DNA of 32,000 nucleotides from Candidatus Saccharimonadota bacterium (GTDB lineage Bacteria; Pseudomonadota; Alphaproteobacteria; Rickettsiales; Anaplasmataceae): NCBI RefSeq assembly GCF_013365495.1, contig NZ_CP046580.1, positions 90,001 to 122,000 of the forward strand, read 5' to 3'. Shown piece by piece: positions 30,991 to 32,000 of this stretch (position 1 is its first letter; each line of letters starts with the position of its first letter). The notes under the pieces were generated by a model. It saw only the letters and a program-made list of their open reading frames with translations, ran no database searches and was not told where the DNA came from. The position numbers and the translations under genes were made by a program.

Positions 30991-31802
30991 ATGTGGCTTT
31001 ATCTTAAATAGAGTAGAAATAGTAGTTCATGGATAATAGTTGAATTTTTTGTAGTGATAGGAAATAGTAAATCAAAATTTTGATTAATTTTTATAATAGT
31101 TAAAGTATAATTTAGTTGAGTAGGATAAAAATACCTTCTAGTAACTAAAGAGGAATAGAGCGATTATAAGTGTAGTTTTATGATTAAGGTAGGGAAAAGA
31201 GGGAAGAGTTGTTAATTTATTTACTTTGTCTCAAATTAATTCCAATTAGGAACTAATATTATAATTATTGATTCTTATTGATGATAAGAATGAATGTGAT
31301 TTTATGTATATAGGAAGATAGCCACTATTAATAGTGGAGTATATTTAAGTTTAATAAATGATTTGGGGATAGCTTTTTATATATTATAACTTAATGTGTA
31401 AGGTGTACTATGAAACTATGTATGAGATTATCAAGAATAAGAGGGAAGGAGTTTCAAAAATTATAAATATTTTCTATAAAGCTTGTTTTATGATATACTA
31501 ATTTTAACTTTATTATACAGTAAAGTATAATTTAATTTTAAATTGATTTACTCAGTTTAAATGTAGATTAATTTCATTACATTAAAGAAATTAGATTTAG
31601 GGATGTAGTGATGAAAAAGTTTAATTAGTTGAAATAATATAAACTAGGGTTACTTAAGTTAAGAGATGACACCATTTTATGGTAGGTAGATTTATGGAGG
31701 TGGTTATTTTAACTTAGCTAATTCTTGTGATTTCTATTGTTAATTTTGTTTGTATTCTATAAATAAGTACTTTAAAACATATTTATTTTTTTAGAGGTTA
31801 AA

Positions 31803-31906
31803 CTCATCCTCTTTAAGATTTATAATTAAGTGAACGATGTTTTAGAGTATAATATTTAAGCAAAAGTCTATTAACTTTTTTTATTAAGATAATTTATTTT
31901 TTTGTT
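31803..31906 (+). repeat. Weak dispersed intergenic repeat, copy 2 of pair A
   Basis: See 28611-28736. Confidence 0.35.
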
Positions 31907-32000
31907 ATTTAAATGTTTGCTACTTCAAGTAAGTACAAGGGATCTTATAGAAGATAAGTGAATGGTAGCTAATTTATGCGAATTTAAATTTGCAATAGAA

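Noticed and set aside
31271-31337. Hairpin ATTCTTAT-TGATG-ATAAGAAT (31271-31291) and perfect 16-bp palindrome CCACTATTAATAGTGG (31322-31337).
   Set aside because: About two perfect 16-bp palindromes are expected by chance in 32 kb at this composition. There is no second copy or adjacent gene context to give them meaning.
31962-32000. ATG at 31962 opening a frame (MVANLCEFKFAIE...) that runs off the right edge of the window.
   Set aside because: Only 13 codons are visible, which is far too short to call a gene.
1-32000. Searched by eye for CRISPR arrays, IS/transposase or integrase genes, prophage genes, toxin-antitoxin pairs, long tandem repeats, rRNA, and tmRNA, RNase P or SRP RNA signatures. 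Also considered replication-origin features (DnaA boxes, CtrA TTAA-N7-TTAA sites).
   Set aside because: No supporting sequence was found for any of the element classes. TTAA-N7-TTAA-type and AT-rich box matches are too frequent in this composition to interpret without a genome-wide statistical scan.

Overview
Very AT-rich window (roughly 27% GC by eye, not computed) from a reduced alphaproteobacterial genome. Gene content (thyX, purK, ispH, asd, petA, an insertion-less ProRS, TrhO, ApaG), amino-acid usage and the long non-coding tracts fit Anaplasmataceae of the Ehrlichia/Neoehrlichia type. That assignment is inference only. I support 21 CDS, almost all housekeeping: mrdA (3' part), proS, acpS, murA, thyX, gyrA, petA, a SurA-like chaperone, mnmE, tmk, a thioredoxin-fold protein, a KefB-like CPA2 antiporter, an APC permease, asd, purK, apaG, trhO, topA and ispH. 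There are also 2 tRNAs (Val-UAC, Ser-UGA) and one decayed gene fragment. I found no rRNA, CRISPR array, IS/transposase, integrase, phage gene or clear tandem repeat. Top finding: the only non-housekeeping gene (542-1732) encodes a membrane-anchored, Ser-rich protein. Its middle contains what reads as a eukaryote-like WH2 + Central + Acidic (VCA/WCA) module, the signature of WASP/WAVE-type Arp2/3 nucleation-promoting factors. I know of no such protein described for this bacterial group. Second theme: coding density is bimodal, about 85% in 1-21363 and about 39% in 21364-32000. The 1.0-1.9 kb deserts have no ORF of 63 aa or more in any frame. They show strand-polarised base composition, a frameshifted relic of the permease 3' end just upstream of the intact permease gene, and weak paralogous segments shared between deserts. 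Smaller points: GyrA has Met at the Ser83-equivalent QRDR position, petA is orphaned from petBC, murA and PBP2 are retained, and asd/purK converge with a zero-nucleotide gap.
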